This document shows, piece by piece, positions 11,134 through 23,097 of a DNA stretch of 64,000 nt (position 1 is its first letter; the number at the start of each line of letters is the position of its first letter). The stretch lies in NCBI RefSeq assembly GCF_003334765.1, contig NZ_QOWT01000002.1; one strand, 5' to 3'. Source of the stretch: Escherichia coli. GTDB lineage: Bacteria; Pseudomonadota; Gammaproteobacteria; Enterobacterales; Enterobacteriaceae. Under the pieces are notes generated by a model that made no database searches, was not told the DNA's origin, and saw only the letters and a program-made list of their open reading frames with translations. A program made the position numbers and the translations under genes.

Positions 11134-12504
11134 TTACTCGTTCAGCAACGTCAGCAGAGTTCGCGTTCGCGCTTCCATTAGCGGCACATCACCGCGCGAT
11201 TCCACATTCAACCGCACCACCGGTTCGGTGTTGGAGGAACGCAGGTTAAAGCGCCAGTCGGCAAAGGTCATGCTGATGCCATCGGTGCGATCCACCGCCA
11301 GCGCCTCACGGCTAAAATGCTGTTCCACGCGGTTAATCGCCTCAACGGGTTGCGCCAGTTTGCTGTTGATCTCACCGCTTGCCGGAAACGCCGCCATCCG
11401 GTCGCGTACCAGTTCGCCCAGCGTTTTTCCTTTCAGGCATACCAGTTCGGCGACCAGCAGCCACGGGATCATGCCGCTGTCGCAGTAAGCGAAATCACGG
11501 AAGTAATGGTGGGCGCTCATTTCGCCACCGTAGATGGCGTCTTCCTTGCGCATACGTTCTTTAATAAAGGCGTGTCCGGTTTTCGACATCACCGGAGTGC
11601 CGCCTGCGGCAGTCACCACATCAACGGTGTTCCAGGAGAGACGTGGATCGTGGATGATCTTCGCGCCGGGATTTTTTTCGAGGAATGCTTCTGCCAGCAG
11701 GCCGACAATGTAGTAGCCCTCAATAAACTGCCCTTTTTCGTCAAACAGGAAACAGCGGTCAAAATCGCCATCAAAAGCAATGCCCATATCCGCGCCGTGT
11801 TTGATGACCGCATTGCGGGTGTCGTCGCGGCATTCCGGCAGCAGCGGGTTAGGAATACCGTTGGGGAAATTGCCGTCCGGCGTGTTATGCACTTTGATTA
11901 ACTCCACCGGTGCGCCGAGGGCTTTAAAGCGGGCTTCGATGGCGTCAACTACCGGACCCGCCGCGCCGTTCCCGGAGTTGATCACAAGTTTCAGCGGAGT
12001 AAGGTTTTTGACGTTGATATAACCGAACAGGTGATCAACGTAAGCGTCACGCAGATTGATTTGCTGATAGCGACCGCGTTTGGTTTCATCGACAGGAGGG
12101 AAGTCATTGGCTTCTGCCAGACGCTGGACATCGCGCAGTCCGGTATCACCGCTGATCGGGCGAGCCCCTTCGCGCACCAGTTTCATGCCGTTGTAATCCA
12201 TCGGATTATGGCTGGCAGTAACTTCGATGCCGCCATCCACGCCGAGATGGAACGTGGCGAAATAGATCTCTTCAGTGCCGGACGTGCCAATATCCAGCAC
12301 ATCGACGCCCGCATCCTGTAAACCTTTTGCCAGCGCCAGTTTTAAGGTTTCGCTGGTGAGGCGGACATCACCGCCTAAAACAATGGTTTTCGGTTTAAGA
12401 AATTCGCCATAGGCGCGACCAATACGCCAGGCAATATCTTCATTCAGTTCTTCGCCTAATTTCCCGCGAATATCATAGGCTTTAAAGCAGGTTAATTTTT
12501 TCAT
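11134..12504 (-). CDS. cpsG: phosphomannomutase CpsG (ManB)
   Basis: ORF 11134..12552; start trimmed to ATG at 12504 ([14 protein letters not shown]) preceded by AAGGG; phosphohexomutase active-site region TASHNP present. Confidence 0.92.
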   Translation of the reverse strand: MKKLTCFKAYDIRGKLGEELNEDIAWRIGRAYGEFLKPKTIVLGGDVRLTSETLKLALAKGLQDAGVDVLDIGTSGTEEIYFATFHLGVDGGIEVTASHNPMDYNGMKLVREGARPISGDTGLRDVQRLAEANDFPPVDETKRGRYQQINLRDAYVDHLFGYINVKNLTPLKLVINSGNGAAGPVVDAIEARFKALGAPVELIKVHNTPDGNFPNGIPNPLLPECRDDTRNAVIKHGADMGIAFDGDFDRCFLFDEKGQFIEGYYIVGLLAEAFLEKNPGAKIIHDPRLSWNTVDVVTAAGGTPVMSKTGHAFIKERMRKEDAIYGGEMSAHHYFRDFAYCDSGMIPWLLVAELVCLKGKTLGELVRDRMAAFPASGEINSKLAQPVEAINRVEQHFSREALAVDRTDGISMTFADWRFNLRSSNTEPVVRLNVESRGDVPLMEARTRTLLTLLNE

Positions 12505-12605
12505 GTCGTTACCCTTTTTCAGGCAATAGTTGGCCCTGACCGAAGCGGCCAATTTTGTTTTTGTCGTTATTTACCAGAGAATTAATCCGGTTGATTATTC
12601 AACTA

Positions 12606-14042
12606 CTACACCCGCCCGTAGCGATCCGCGAAGCGCACCACATCATCCTCTTCGAGATAAGAGCCGGAGCGCACTTCAATTAAATCGAGCGGAATTTTCC
12701 CCGGGTTTTCCAGGCAATGTGTCGCCCCCAGCGGAATATAAATGGACTCGTTTTCACCAAGCAGTTTGATATCACCGTCAATAGTGACTTTTGCCGTTCC
12801 TGCGACCACCACCCAGTGTTCCGCGCGGTGATGATGCATCTGTACCGACAAGCCCTCGCCCGGTTTCACGGTGATGCGTTTCACCTGGTAGCGGTCGCCC
12901 GCATCAATAGAGTCATATTTGCCCCACGGACGATACACTTCACGATGCACCCGATGCTCATGGCGACCGTCGGCTTTGATCTGCTCGACCACTTTTTTCA
13001 CATCCTGCACCGCGTTACGGTCGGCAATCAGCACTGCATCTTTGGTCTGCACTACCACCAAATCTTTCACCCCGACGGTGGTGACCAGGCCAGATTCGGC
13101 ATACACATAGCTGTTTTCAGTTTTGTGATTAATCACATCGCCGTGGCAAACGTTGCCCTCGGCGGTGTGGGCGCTGATCTCCCATAATGAAGACCAGGAA
13201 CCGACATCGCTCCAGCCCGCATCCATCGGCACCACAACGGCATCTGCCGTACGTTCCATGACCGCGTAATCCACCGACTCTTCCGGGCAGGCCAGAAAGG
13301 CTTCTTCATCCACGCGAATAAAATCGAGATCCAGATCGACGGCGCTCATCGCTTTTTCGCAGGCATCGAGGATATCCGGGCGATATTTTTTCAGTTCTTC
13401 GAGATAGCGTCCGGCACGGAACAGGAACATACCGCTGTTCCAGTAATATTCGCCGCTTGCTACATAGGCCTGCGCGGTTTCCAGATTCGGTTTTTCGACA
13501 AACTGCGCCACTTCAAAGGCCACCGTATCCTGCTCGCCCGCAGACACTTCACCGCGACGAATATAGCCATAACCGGTTTCTGGTAGATCCGGCACAATGC
13601 CGAAGGTGACCAGCTTGCCCGCTTCGGCATACGGCATGGCATTACGCACGGCGGCGCGGAACGCGTCTTCGTCGGCAATCACATGATCTGCCGCCAGGAC
13701 CAACATTAACGGATCGCTGTCCGGACTATGACGTTTTGCCGCCAGCGCCGCCAACGCAATGGCAGGTGCAGTGTTACGCCCTGCCGGTTCGAGAATAATG
13801 TTCTCGGTGAGTTTGTTCAGTTGACGCAGCTGTTCCGCGACAATAAAGCGGTGCTGCTCATTGCAAATCACCACCGGGCTTTCGCACTCCACGCCGTTCA
13901 GGCGGCAGATGGTGGTTTGCAGCATGGTAAGATCGCCTTTCAGGCATAAAAACTGCTTGGGATAAAGTACGCGGGAAAGCGGCCATAAGCGGCTACCGGA
14001 GCCACCTGCCATCACAACTGGATAGAGTTTCGACTGCGACAT
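12606..14042 (-). CDS. cpsB: mannose-1-phosphate guanylyltransferase CpsB (ManC)
   Basis: 478-aa ORF; [14 protein letters not shown] nucleotidyltransferase motif and C-terminal cupin region. Confidence 0.92.
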   Translation of the reverse strand: MSQSKLYPVVMAGGSGSRLWPLSRVLYPKQFLCLKGDLTMLQTTICRLNGVECESPVVICNEQHRFIVAEQLRQLNKLTENIILEPAGRNTAPAIALAALAAKRHSPDSDPLMLVLAADHVIADEDAFRAAVRNAMPYAEAGKLVTFGIVPDLPETGYGYIRRGEVSAGEQDTVAFEVAQFVEKPNLETAQAYVASGEYYWNSGMFLFRAGRYLEELKKYRPDILDACEKAMSAVDLDLDFIRVDEEAFLACPEESVDYAVMERTADAVVVPMDAGWSDVGSWSSLWEISAHTAEGNVCHGDVINHKTENSYVYAESGLVTTVGVKDLVVVQTKDAVLIADRNAVQDVKKVVEQIKADGRHEHRVHREVYRPWGKYDSIDAGDRYQVKRITVKPGEGLSVQMHHHRAEHWVVVAGTAKVTIDGDIKLLGENESIYIPLGATHCLENPGKIPLDLIEVRSGSYLEEDDVVRFADRYGRV

Positions 14043-14044
14043 AA

Positions 14045-15268
14045 TTATCCCCGAATATCATGTATAAATTGACGTAACACGTTCTCTTTATCGAGCGTGC
14101 GTTCAGCATATTCACGTGCCACCGTGTTGTGTTTGGGCAGCAGGAGCGCCTGACGGATCCCCGCCACCAGCGCCTCGACCGATTCTGGTTCTACGCAAAC
14201 CGCAATTCCTGAGAAGGTTTCGCAAAGCTGCCCCAGTTCTGTGTGGGCTTCTGCGGTAATCACCGCGTTACCGCCTACCGCCAGAATATTGGTCAGTTTC
14301 GACGGCAATACGGCATCTGCCGCACCGCGTTTTTGCACCACCAGATGGCAATCGCCCATCTTCAGCAGTGCGGGTAAAGCGTCATACGATTGCAGCGGGA
14401 AAAATTGCATATTGCGCAGTCCGCGCTGCTGCGCCATTTTTTCCAGCCGCGCTTTGCCGCCGCCCTGCCCGACAATGGCAAAAATCAGCGGTTCATCGCG
14501 CAGGCGATCGGCAGCTTCAATAACGTTTTCCAGCCCCTGCTTTTCACCAATATTGCCGGAGTAAAGAATGATTTTTTTGTTATCCGGCAGGCCAAGTTGG
14601 TTACGAAGTGCAGCAACATCGGCGTCTGCGACATGCTGAAAACGGGCGATTTCCGACCAGTTGGGGAAGAAAATGACGTTTTCCGCCGCCACGCCTTTTT
14701 CAACGGCTTTATTCATCATCGAACGCGAAATCGTGGAGACGTTATCGACGTTATGCAGTCCGCTACGTTCGAAGGCTGTCGCCAGCTGTGCCACTTTGCC
14801 GCCTTTACCTTTTCCGGCAAGGCCCAGCCCCAGCATGGCATCTACTTCGTAATCCTGAATATGCAGCACGGTACGCGCACCAGAGAGTTTCGCCAGCAGG
14901 CGCATTCCCGGCGTGCAAAACAGCGTTGGTACTACGCCGATAATGCGATCCGGCTTCCAGCGACGTTGAGCCATCAGGGGAAAAAAACTGCTGGCGGCAA
15001 AGCTGCCGAGATGTAACAGGCGTTTCAGGGTGCTCGGCTGTTTTGGCACATACAGCGGGCAGCGCCACACCGTGGCGGCCCCCTCTTCTCGTTTGTACCG
15101 CCAGGCGGAATAGTTCTCGCCCACCTGCCACTGCGGGTAGTACGGCGGTGCGGTAATGACCCGCACCTCATGACCTTGTGCTGCCAGCCATTCCACCATC
15201 TCGCCGGTGTATTTGCCGATGCCGGTTAACTCCGGCGAGTAGTTAATGCCGTAGACCAGTATTTTCAT
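14045..15268 (-). CDS. wcaI: colanic acid glycosyltransferase WcaI
   Basis: 407-aa ORF; synteny. Confidence 0.9.
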   Translation of the reverse strand: MKILVYGINYSPELTGIGKYTGEMVEWLAAQGHEVRVITAPPYYPQWQVGENYSAWRYKREEGAATVWRCPLYVPKQPSTLKRLLHLGSFAASSFFPLMAQRRWKPDRIIGVVPTLFCTPGMRLLAKLSGARTVLHIQDYEVDAMLGLGLAGKGKGGKVAQLATAFERSGLHNVDNVSTISRSMMNKAVEKGVAAENVIFFPNWSEIARFQHVADADVAALRNQLGLPDNKKIILYSGNIGEKQGLENVIEAADRLRDEPLIFAIVGQGGGKARLEKMAQQRGLRNMQFFPLQSYDALPALLKMGDCHLVVQKRGAADAVLPSKLTNILAVGGNAVITAEAHTELGQLCETFSGIAVCVEPESVEALVAGIRQALLLPKHNTVAREYAERTLDKENVLRQFIHDIRG

Positions 15269-15744
15269 AATCCGGGTACTCCGGCACGCTTCTCAGCGAG
15301 AAAATAGGCGCGGCTGTTAGCGTGAACATCGTCACTGGCGAGCAGCGCGTCCGGCGTCAGCCAGCGGTAATCGTCATGCTGCTCATCCGGCAGTAATAGT
15401 TCCTCTTCCGCGACTCTGAAGCGAAAACCGAGCACTACATAGTGCGTGGTGAAATCCGTGCCGGAGAAGTTATCGTCATAAAAGTGCTGCCAGACACCGT
15501 AAAACTGGCCCGCTGTCATCGGCAGACGCAGCCCCAGTTCCGCCATCGTCAGCCGCTCAAATGCGGCTTCCAGCGTTTCGTCCTTCTGCACGCGCCCTCC
15601 CGGCACAAACCAGTAACCCTGTGCCGGGCGGTTGGTTCTTTTGCCAAGCAGAAACTCGCCGCGGCTGTTCTCGACAATAAAGTCGAGAGAGACAAGCGGA
15701 GTGGAGCGCACTACCGTGGCAAAGTCTTCCTGACGTAAAAACAT
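15265..15744 (-). CDS. gmm: GDP-mannose mannosyl hydrolase (Nudix) Gmm/WcaH
   Basis: ORF 15265..15747 (MMFLRQ...); second Met is the likely start. Nudix box region [23 protein letters not shown]. Confidence 0.9.
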   Translation of the reverse strand: MFLRQEDFATVVRSTPLVSLDFIVENSRGEFLLGKRTNRPAQGYWFVPGGRVQKDETLEAAFERLTMAELGLRLPMTAGQFYGVWQHFYDDNFSGTDFTTHYVVLGFRFRVAEEELLLPDEQHDDYRWLTPDALLASDDVHANSRAYFLAEKRAGVPGL

Positions 15745-15746
15745 CA

Positions 15747-16712
15747 TTACCCCCGAAAGCGGTCTTGATTCTCAAGGAACCACTGGTAAGTGCTGGCAAG
15801 CCCCGCTTCCAGTGAGATTTCGTGATACCAGCCAAGCTGATGCAGGCGCGTCACATCCAGCAGTTTGCGCGGTGTGCCATCCGGTTTACTGGCATCGAAA
15901 ACCACCCGGCCTTTGTAACCCACCACTTTGGCGATGGTTTGCGCCAGCTCGCGGATAGTGCAGTCAACACCCGTGCCGACGTTAATGTGCGACAGCATCG
16001 GCTGGGTGTTCTCCAGCCAGACTTCGTGCGCCAGCTCCATGACATGAATGCTTGCCGCCGCCATATCATCGACATGCAGAAATTCGCGCATCGGCGTACC
16101 GCTGCCCCACACCACCACGTCCGGTGCATTCTGTGCTGTCGCCTCGTGGAAGCGGCGCAGCAATGCGGGGATCACATGCGAATTATTCGGATGGAAGTTG
16201 TCGTGCGGCCCGTACAGGTTGGTCGGCATGACAGAGCGATAATCGCATCCATACTGGCGGTTGTAAGATTCGCACAGTTTGATCCCGGCGATTTTGGCAA
16301 TGGCGTATGGCTCGTTGGTCGGCTCCAGCGTGCCCTGTAACAGCTCGCCTTCTGCCATCGGCTGTTTTGCCAGTTTTGGGTAGATGCAGGACGATCCGAG
16401 AAACAGCAGTTTGTTCACGTCGTTCTGATGCGCAGCGTGAATGATGTTGCTCTCAATCATCATGTTCTGGTAGATGAAATCCGCCGGATAGGTGTTGTTG
16501 GCAACAATGCCGCCCACTTTCGCCGCCGCCAGATAGACCTGGTCAATACGTTCGCTGGCAAAGAAATCATGCACGGCGCGGCTGTCCAGCAGGTTCAGCT
16601 CGTCGCGGGTGCGTAATACCAGTTCCACATCACCGCGCTGTTCGAGCTGCCGCCTGATGGCAGAACCGACCATCCCGCGATGGCCAGCGATAAAAATGCG
16701 TTGTTTACTCAT
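15747..16712 (-). CDS. fcl: GDP-L-fucose synthase Fcl (WcaG)
   Basis: 321-aa ORF; [12 protein letters not shown] Rossmann motif; synteny with gmd. Confidence 0.93.
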   Translation of the reverse strand: MSKQRIFIAGHRGMVGSAIRRQLEQRGDVELVLRTRDELNLLDSRAVHDFFASERIDQVYLAAAKVGGIVANNTYPADFIYQNMMIESNIIHAAHQNDVNKLLFLGSSCIYPKLAKQPMAEGELLQGTLEPTNEPYAIAKIAGIKLCESYNRQYGCDYRSVMPTNLYGPHDNFHPNNSHVIPALLRRFHEATAQNAPDVVVWGSGTPMREFLHVDDMAAASIHVMELAHEVWLENTQPMLSHINVGTGVDCTIRELAQTIAKVVGYKGRVVFDASKPDGTPRKLLDVTRLHQLGWYHEISLEAGLASTYQWFLENQDRFRG

Positions 16713-16714
16713 GC

Positions 16715-17836
16715 TTATGACTCCAGCGCGATCGCCACGTCGTAGCCGTGAGATTTCAGCAGAGAGTGTTTTTTCGCCGCCTCGAGGTCATTAGCCACCA
16801 TTTCAGACACCATCTCTCTGAGGGTGATTTCCGGTTTCCAGCCCAGTTTTTCGTGCGCTTTAGTCGGGTCGCCGAGCAGCGTTTCAACTTCAGCCGGACG
16901 GAAGTAACGCGGGTCAACGGCGATAATCACATCCCCCGGTTTAACGCCCGGCGCGTCATGCCCGGTGACGGAAACCACAATGCCCTTCTCTTCAACGCCC
17001 GTGCCTTCAAAGCGCAGTTTGATGCCCAGCTGTGCTGCCGCCATTTCTACGAACTGACGCACGGAGTACTGAACGCCGGTAGCAATAACGAAATCTTCTG
17101 GCTGTTCCTGTTGCAGCATCATCCACTGCATTTTTACGTAGTCTTTGGCGTGGCCCCAGTCACGCAGGGAATCCATATTGCCGAGGTACAGGCACGACTC
17201 CAGCCCCTGGGCGATGTTGGCGATTGCGCGGGTTATTTTGCGGGTAACGAAGGTTTCGCCACGGCGCGGGGATTCATGGTTGAAGAGAATACCGTTGCAG
17301 GCGTACATGCCGTAGGATTCGCGGTAGTTAACGGTGATCCAGTAGGCGTACAGTTTGGCGACCGCATACGGAGATCGCGGGTAGAACGGCGTGGTTTCTT
17401 TCTGCGGAATTTCCTGCACCAGACCATACAGTTCAGAGGTGGAAGCCTGATAGAAACGGGTTTTCTTTTCCAGACCGAGGAAGCGGATCGCCTCGAGCAG
17501 GCGCAGCGTACCCATCGCGTCGACGTCAGCGGTATATTCCGGTGACTCAAAAGAAACCGCAACGTGGCTCATTGCGCCCAGGTTGTACACTTCATCCGGC
17601 TGCACTTCACGCAAAATACGCGTCAGGTTGGAGGTATCACTCAGGTCGCCATAATGCAGATGGAATTTCGGGTTACAGGTATGCGGATCCTGATAAATAT
17701 GATCCACGCGCTCGGTGTTGAATGACGATGCGCGACGCTTAATACCATGCACCTCGTAACCTTTTTCCAGCAGAAACTCTGCCAGGTAAGAACCGTCTTG
17801 TCCGGTTACACCGGTGATGAGAGCGACTTTTGACAT
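16715..17836 (-). CDS. gmd: GDP-mannose 4,6-dehydratase Gmd
   Basis: 373-aa ORF; [17 protein letters not shown] motif typical of Gmd. Confidence 0.95.
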
Positions 17837-17862
17837 GTCTTATTCCTCTGTATTTTTTGAAT

Positions 17863-18411
17863 TTATTCAGTTTCAACGCGTTCGCGTATCACCACTGCGG
17901 GATTCCCCCGGCAAACCACATTTGCCGGAAGCGTTTTAAAAACACTGCTTCGTGCACCCACGACGGTGCCGTCGCCAATCGTGACGCCAGGGGCAACAAA
18001 AACATCGGTTGCCAGCCAGCATTTCTCGCCAATCACAATAGGCGTAGCATTAATGGTGAAATGTTGACTTGCATGGTCGTGGCTACCGGTGCATAAATAA
18101 CTTTTTTGCGATATCACCGAATGTGCGCCAATGGTTATTTCACCGAGGGTATATAAATTGACGTCATCGCCGACCCACGCGTAATCACCTAAGGTTAATT
18201 TCCACGGATAGGTAATTTTTACTGACGGACGAATAACTACGTTTTTTCCTATTTTTGCGCCGAATAAACGTAATAAAAATGCCCGCCAGCGATACAATAC
18301 TTGTGGCGACCAGGCAAATATTGTTGCCTGTACTGCCCACCATAATTGCACTTTAATAGCGTTGCCGCCCCGGAACCCTTTCGGCACCGAGAAACCGCTT
18401 AAATCTTGCAT
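17863..18411 (-). CDS. wcaF: colanic acid acetyltransferase WcaF
   Basis: 182-aa ORF with hexapeptide-repeat character; synteny. Confidence 0.9.
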   Translation of the reverse strand: MQDLSGFSVPKGFRGGNAIKVQLWWAVQATIFAWSPQVLYRWRAFLLRLFGAKIGKNVVIRPSVKITYPWKLTLGDYAWVGDDVNLYTLGEITIGAHSVISQKSYLCTGSHDHASQHFTINATPIVIGEKCWLATDVFVAPGVTIGDGTVVGARSSVFKTLPANVVCRGNPAVVIRERVETE

Positions 18412-18426
18412 TGGTTCTCCTTATAT

Positions 18427-19173
18427 TCAGACTTTGTTATATAAGGCTTTCGTCTTTGAGGTAGTACGTTGGCGTAAATGCCAGGATAATTCAGCCCAAA
18501 AGCCAGGTACATGTAATATTTGTCGTTGGACTTTTTTCGCGTCAGCACACAATTCCATATTATTGGTGGTAGATACCCCACCCATGGAAAATTCAGACAC
18601 CAGGCCATTGAGTTTTTTAAATGCATAACCGGCTTTATACATTTTGGCTGCCAGCGCGTAGTCGGAAGAAACTTTATACTCCAGGTCATAACGCCATTTT
18701 TTCAAGCCGGATACAGGGAAAAATATCGCCTGATGACTGGCGGGCAGGCTGTGATAAATATACCAGCCCGGTTTGGCGCTACGTTTAATTTTATGCCCGT
18801 CGCCAAAATCCAGCAGCGCATCGCCGGTGATCATCATGTTATCTTTTTGCATTTTTAACTTACGGACAAAATTTGCGGCATCCTGATGAAAAATATCGCC
18901 CGAATTGAGAAACAACGCGAACTTGCCTTGTGCCATCGTAATGCCTTTGTTCATGGCGTCGTAGATACCGTTATCTGGCTCGCTGACAAAGCGTAGGTTA
19001 TAGATACCATTGAGATTTTCCAGATACTCACGGGTGCCGTCATTGGAACCGCCATCGACAACAATCCATTCGAAGCTGATATCTTCCGCCAGCGCCAGAT
19101 GCGCCAGCGAGGCATGTGTTTTGACTATCCCTTCGAGGTTACGAAACGCGACAGTGATTATGCTAAGCAACAT
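18427..19173 (-). CDS. wcaE: colanic acid glycosyltransferase WcaE (GT2)
   Basis: 248-aa ORF; GT2 signature region [10 protein letters not shown]; synteny. Confidence 0.9.
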   Translation of the reverse strand: MLLSIITVAFRNLEGIVKTHASLAHLALAEDISFEWIVVDGGSNDGTREYLENLNGIYNLRFVSEPDNGIYDAMNKGITMAQGKFALFLNSGDIFHQDAANFVRKLKMQKDNMMITGDALLDFGDGHKIKRSAKPGWYIYHSLPASHQAIFFPVSGLKKWRYDLEYKVSSDYALAAKMYKAGYAFKKLNGLVSEFSMGGVSTTNNMELCADAKKVQRQILHVPGFWAELSWHLRQRTTSKTKALYNKV

Positions 19174-19183
19174 GTTCTTATTC

Positions 19184-20401
19184 TTACCTCGTAATATTTA
19201 ACGCTTTTCGCAAAATAAACGGACAGACGATTAAAAATGCATATTCCGGGCTAAATATCGAACCGGTAAAAAACAGCGACACCGGAGTAAAAAGATATAA
19301 TTGCACGCGAAAATTGCGGTTATCACCAAAAGCGTTGATCATCATTTTTATCACTTTCCCCATGTACCACAGCGATAAAAACACTGCGAACCAGGAAAAA
19401 TAAATAATCAGCAGATACAAACCATTGTCTATGGTTTTTCCGACATCCGCACCGTTAAATATTCCGAATGATGCGACATATTCATAAAGTGAGCCAAATC
19501 TGACTACACCGTCAATATGGGTCAAAGAATAACCGACCATTACCAGCGGACCGACAATACGATAATACGATGACGATCCTTCCGTACCTAAATCGCCCAG
19601 ACGGGTGGAAATATAAGGAAACGCGATTACCACACCAACCAGGAATACAGCCAGAGAAATCAATGCTAACGGCAACTTTTTCTTAATCGCCTCTTTATTC
19701 AGATATTGAAATGCCCACTCCAGCAAATAAAACAGGATAAAGGTCATAACCCCTGAAAACGATCCGGATAATATTATCCCTGCGAGAATCATAGCATCGG
19801 TTTTAGGCGTTTTGATACCAAACTGTTTGATGCTGAGCCAAATTGAGATTAATGCCAGAGCGAAAAATGCCGGTTCGAAATAAAGTGCTGTCGTGCGCTT
19901 GCCGCCGAATTTAATGAAATTCAGCACATAGCTGTTGCTGTAAATCAGATATTTCGAAATCGACTCCATAATACTGCTGCCACCGGTGAGGATAATTTGC
20001 GCCATCTCCACTGCCGCCAGCGCCACCACCAGCCCGACCACCAGATAAAAGAAACGTAATATCTTGCGATGGTTGTGTGGCGAAATCGTTTTAAAGCGAA
20101 TACTCCACACCATGCCAATAATGATCACAATATAGACAAACAGCATGGTTGAAGTGACGTATTTACTGGCATCCAACGACTGACCAAACAGATAGTTGAA
20201 CGCCGTGAGTCCCGCACCAATCCCTAAGGCAATCATCAATTTTTTAACGCTGATGCGTTCTAAAAACAGCAGTAACAAGACAGGTAAAAAAGTGACGATA
20301 GTGATGGGGAAACTTTCACCAAGCTGGGCGATTTTGACGTTAACCAGCAGGTAGATCAGCGGCAGCAGCAGGTAGCTACAGATTCTGATAGAAGTTGACA
20401 T
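19184..20401 (-). CDS. wcaD: colanic acid polymerase WcaD
   Basis: ORF 19184..20473; start trimmed to ATG at 20401 ([19 protein letters not shown]) preceded by GGAGGAGT; polytopic membrane protein; start lies 26 nt inside wcaC 3' end. Confidence 0.88.
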   Translation of the reverse strand: MSTSIRICSYLLLPLIYLLVNVKIAQLGESFPITIVTFLPVLLLLFLERISVKKLMIALGIGAGLTAFNYLFGQSLDASKYVTSTMLFVYIVIIIGMVWSIRFKTISPHNHRKILRFFYLVVGLVVALAAVEMAQIILTGGSSIMESISKYLIYSNSYVLNFIKFGGKRTTALYFEPAFFALALISIWLSIKQFGIKTPKTDAMILAGIILSGSFSGVMTFILFYLLEWAFQYLNKEAIKKKLPLALISLAVFLVGVVIAFPYISTRLGDLGTEGSSSYYRIVGPLVMVGYSLTHIDGVVRFGSLYEYVASFGIFNGADVGKTIDNGLYLLIIYFSWFAVFLSLWYMGKVIKMMINAFGDNRNFRVQLYLFTPVSLFFTGSIFSPEYAFLIVCPFILRKALNITR

Positions 20402-21593
20402 ACTCCTCCAGCATCTGTTGTCCACTGTAGGCGGCGCGGCTGCGTTGGCTGAACTCAGCCAGCGTGGTACCAAATATCGCCTGCGCGATTTCCGGTTTGC
20501 TTAACTGCACCAGTTGCAGCACCTCTTCTTCACTGACGGTTTTACCACCGGATTTTTGCAGCACTTCCCGCGCCGCATCGCTATGGGTGGCGATCACCGG
20601 CACGCCAATCGATAGCGCCTCACACAAAATCAGCGGGTAGTTATCGACGCGAGAACTGAACACCAGCGCATCCATTTGATTGAGCGCGCTCATCAACTTG
20701 CGCTTGTCAGTTTCAAAGCCGTGATTAACCACGTTGCCAGCGGTGAACGGCGAGAACTTACCAAAGGTATGCAGTTCAATTTTGTCGCCCAGCGCCATCA
20801 TCTCACGCACCAGTTGCTGGTTAGTCTTGCCGTCGTAACGCAGGTCATGCGCCACCACCGCGATTTTCGGCTTGCCCTGGGTTTCGCGCACCGGAGGCAA
20901 GTCCGCCAGAATCGCTTCGGTTGCCATATCAATACCATTATTGATAATCCGGCAACGCCCTGGCCCGTACAGACTATTGAAAGCGTCAGCCACATGCTGG
21001 CTGGGGGAAATAAACTGACAGCCCAGCGCCAGCATCTCGCGGAATAACTGGCGTTTGCCCGCCACCAGCTGGTGCGCCCGATCAATCTTCACCGGCGGAT
21101 AGTTATTTAAGGTCGGGCATTTCTGGCAGCCCGTTTTCCAGCCTTCGCAACCGTCGGTAAAGGCGCAGCGTCCGGTAACGCTCCAGTGATCGTGCAGCGT
21201 CCAGACCAGAGTGGCGTCCGGTTTATGGTTTTTCACCTTTTCGCAAAAGCGCACCACGCTGTTAAGATTCAACCAGTAGCTGTGCAGCACATGAAAATGC
21301 AGGACCACCGGACCCGGTGTGCGAGTAATGGTGCGATATAACTCATTGAAATTGCCGAACAGATCGCGATTAAACAGACGAAACAGGGCAATGTTCGCCA
21401 TCGCGGTCATCCGCGGCGTATGTTTGATGACCTGCGGATAGTTTTGATGGCTGACGCTCTCTTTGCCGCCTTTGCCGTAACCGTAGACAAAATGTGACGC
21501 CAGCCCCTGTTGCAGCGCACGCTGGTGGAGATCTAACGCCACACCTGCTGCCCCGCCTTCCGCCAGTCGCACATTAAATTGCAAAATATTCAT
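20376..21593 (-). CDS. wcaC: colanic acid glycosyltransferase WcaC
   Basis: 405-aa ORF; synteny. Confidence 0.9.
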   Translation of the reverse strand: MNILQFNVRLAEGGAAGVALDLHQRALQQGLASHFVYGYGKGGKESVSHQNYPQVIKHTPRMTAMANIALFRLFNRDLFGNFNELYRTITRTPGPVVLHFHVLHSYWLNLNSVVRFCEKVKNHKPDATLVWTLHDHWSVTGRCAFTDGCEGWKTGCQKCPTLNNYPPVKIDRAHQLVAGKRQLFREMLALGCQFISPSQHVADAFNSLYGPGRCRIINNGIDMATEAILADLPPVRETQGKPKIAVVAHDLRYDGKTNQQLVREMMALGDKIELHTFGKFSPFTAGNVVNHGFETDKRKLMSALNQMDALVFSSRVDNYPLILCEALSIGVPVIATHSDAAREVLQKSGGKTVSEEEVLQLVQLSKPEIAQAIFGTTLAEFSQRSRAAYSGQQMLEEYVNFYQNL

Positions 21594-22078
21594 TTAATTA
21601 CCTTCACTCGCGCTTTTTCTCCCACCACCAGCGCGTTGTCCGGGACAGAGTCGAGCACCACGCTGCCCGCACCCACGGTGACGTTGTTACCAAGCGTGAT
21701 ATCACCAAGAATAATGACGTTGGCACCGAGTTCGACGCCGTTGCCAATGTGTGGACATGCCATGTTATCGGCACCACGATTGCCGATAGTGACGCCGTGG
21801 CGAATGGTGAAATCATCCCCCGCCACCACGTTTTTATTGATCACTACGGCGTAACCGTGATGGATAGTAAAGCGGCGGCCAATGGTCGCGGCGGCCTGGA
21901 TTTCATAACCGAAAAAGCATTCGGTGATAATGCGATACAGCACCAGCAGCGGGGCCGCCCACAGATTGTTGAGGACGTTCTTTTTGCGCCACACCGAACA
22001 AAAATGAGCAACGCGATAGGCAAGAACCATGCAGCACGGGCGTAAACTCCAGCTGTTGGCGCGCAGATCTTCCAGCAT
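21590..22078 (-). CDS. wcaB: colanic acid acetyltransferase WcaB
   Basis: 162-aa ORF with hexapeptide repeats; stop/start overlap with wcaC. Confidence 0.9.
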   Translation of the reverse strand: MLEDLRANSWSLRPCCMVLAYRVAHFCSVWRKKNVLNNLWAAPLLVLYRIITECFFGYEIQAAATIGRRFTIHHGYAVVINKNVVAGDDFTIRHGVTIGNRGADNMACPHIGNGVELGANVIILGDITLGNNVTVGAGSVVLDSVPDNALVVGEKARVKVIK

Positions 22079-22080
22079 CT

Positions 22081-22920
22081 TTAGCGCCCCCGAATACCAT
22101 CAGCCAGACGTTTGCCGTTACGCACCGACAGCAGCGTCAGCAAAGTGCGCCAGGTCATACGTTTATTGCGGATCTGGTAGAGGGTAAACAGCTGATATTT
22201 TTTGCTTGCACGGTCAAATTTATCTTTGTGCTTGCGGTAAAAGTGGAAGTACCCGGAGAATTTTTTCGGTGACGAGGTGATCTGCATTTCACCGTGATTG
22301 ATATGCAGGATCTGCGTCGCCTCTTCCACTTTCCACGGTTCGCCATACTCCACCACCATCCGCAGGAAGATGTCGTAATCCTGTGCTGCTTTCAGTTCGG
22401 TATCGAACAAGCACTCTTTGAAACGCCACGCCCAGGTAAAAACCTGATTGCCAATGATATTGCGTTTATAGAACAGGCGGCGTGAGTACGGCGATTTGGG
22501 ATACAGTGGTAAGCTTGCTGGTTGGGAATAAACTTCTCCCTGGCATACGTAGTCGTTAGCGTACAAAAAGGCGTGAGTGACCAGTTGCTGTTTATGGGCG
22601 AGGAAGACGCTCAGGCGGTTGGGCGTCCATTCATCATCGTCATCGATCCCGGTAATGTATTCCCCTTGCGCCAGCATAATCGCCTGGTTACGTACCGCGC
22701 ACGCCCCGCTGTTAATGTCGTTGTGAATGTAGGTAATACGCGGATCGTTGAGGGCAGTGACGTACTGTTGCAGTTGTTCCCAGGAGGTGGAGCAATCATC
22801 CACGATGATCATCTCCCAGTTGCTGTAGTCCTGGCGCAGGACCGATTTTATCGCCCGAATCGCCAGTTGTTGGCGGTTCCAGGTCGGCATATAGATTGAA
22901 ATCAGCGGATTGTCTTTCAT
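22081..22920 (-). CDS. wcaA: colanic acid glycosyltransferase WcaA (GT2)
   Basis: 279-aa ORF; GT2 motif IIVDDCST; synteny. Confidence 0.9.
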   Translation of the reverse strand: MKDNPLISIYMPTWNRQQLAIRAIKSVLRQDYSNWEMIIVDDCSTSWEQLQQYVTALNDPRITYIHNDINSGACAVRNQAIMLAQGEYITGIDDDDEWTPNRLSVFLAHKQQLVTHAFLYANDYVCQGEVYSQPASLPLYPKSPYSRRLFYKRNIIGNQVFTWAWRFKECLFDTELKAAQDYDIFLRMVVEYGEPWKVEEATQILHINHGEMQITSSPKKFSGYFHFYRKHKDKFDRASKKYQLFTLYQIRNKRMTWRTLLTLLSVRNGKRLADGIRGR

Positions 22921-22983
22921 AGGTTGTTCTCCCGGAGTGTCGAGATGTTCTGCCGGTTTATAAGCTTGTTTACGGGTTCTGTT

Positions 22984-23087
22984 GCCGGATGCGGCGTGAG
23001 CGCCTTATCCGGCCTACGGAGCTGGTTTGCTTGCCGGATGCGGCGTGAAGGTAGGTCGGATAAGATGCGTCAGCATCGCATCCGACA
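22984..23087. repeat. REP/BIME-type palindromic units between wzc and wcaA
   Basis: Two copies of the GCCGGATGCGGCGTGA...CCTTATCCGGCCTAC-type REP motif (22984-23017 and 23033-23087) in the wzc-wcaA intergenic gap. Confidence 0.8.
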
Positions 23088-23097
23088 GCGGATGTCG

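Noticed and set aside
11317-11901. 194-aa plus-strand ORF inside cpsG
   Set aside because: Antisense to phosphomannomutase; no independent support.
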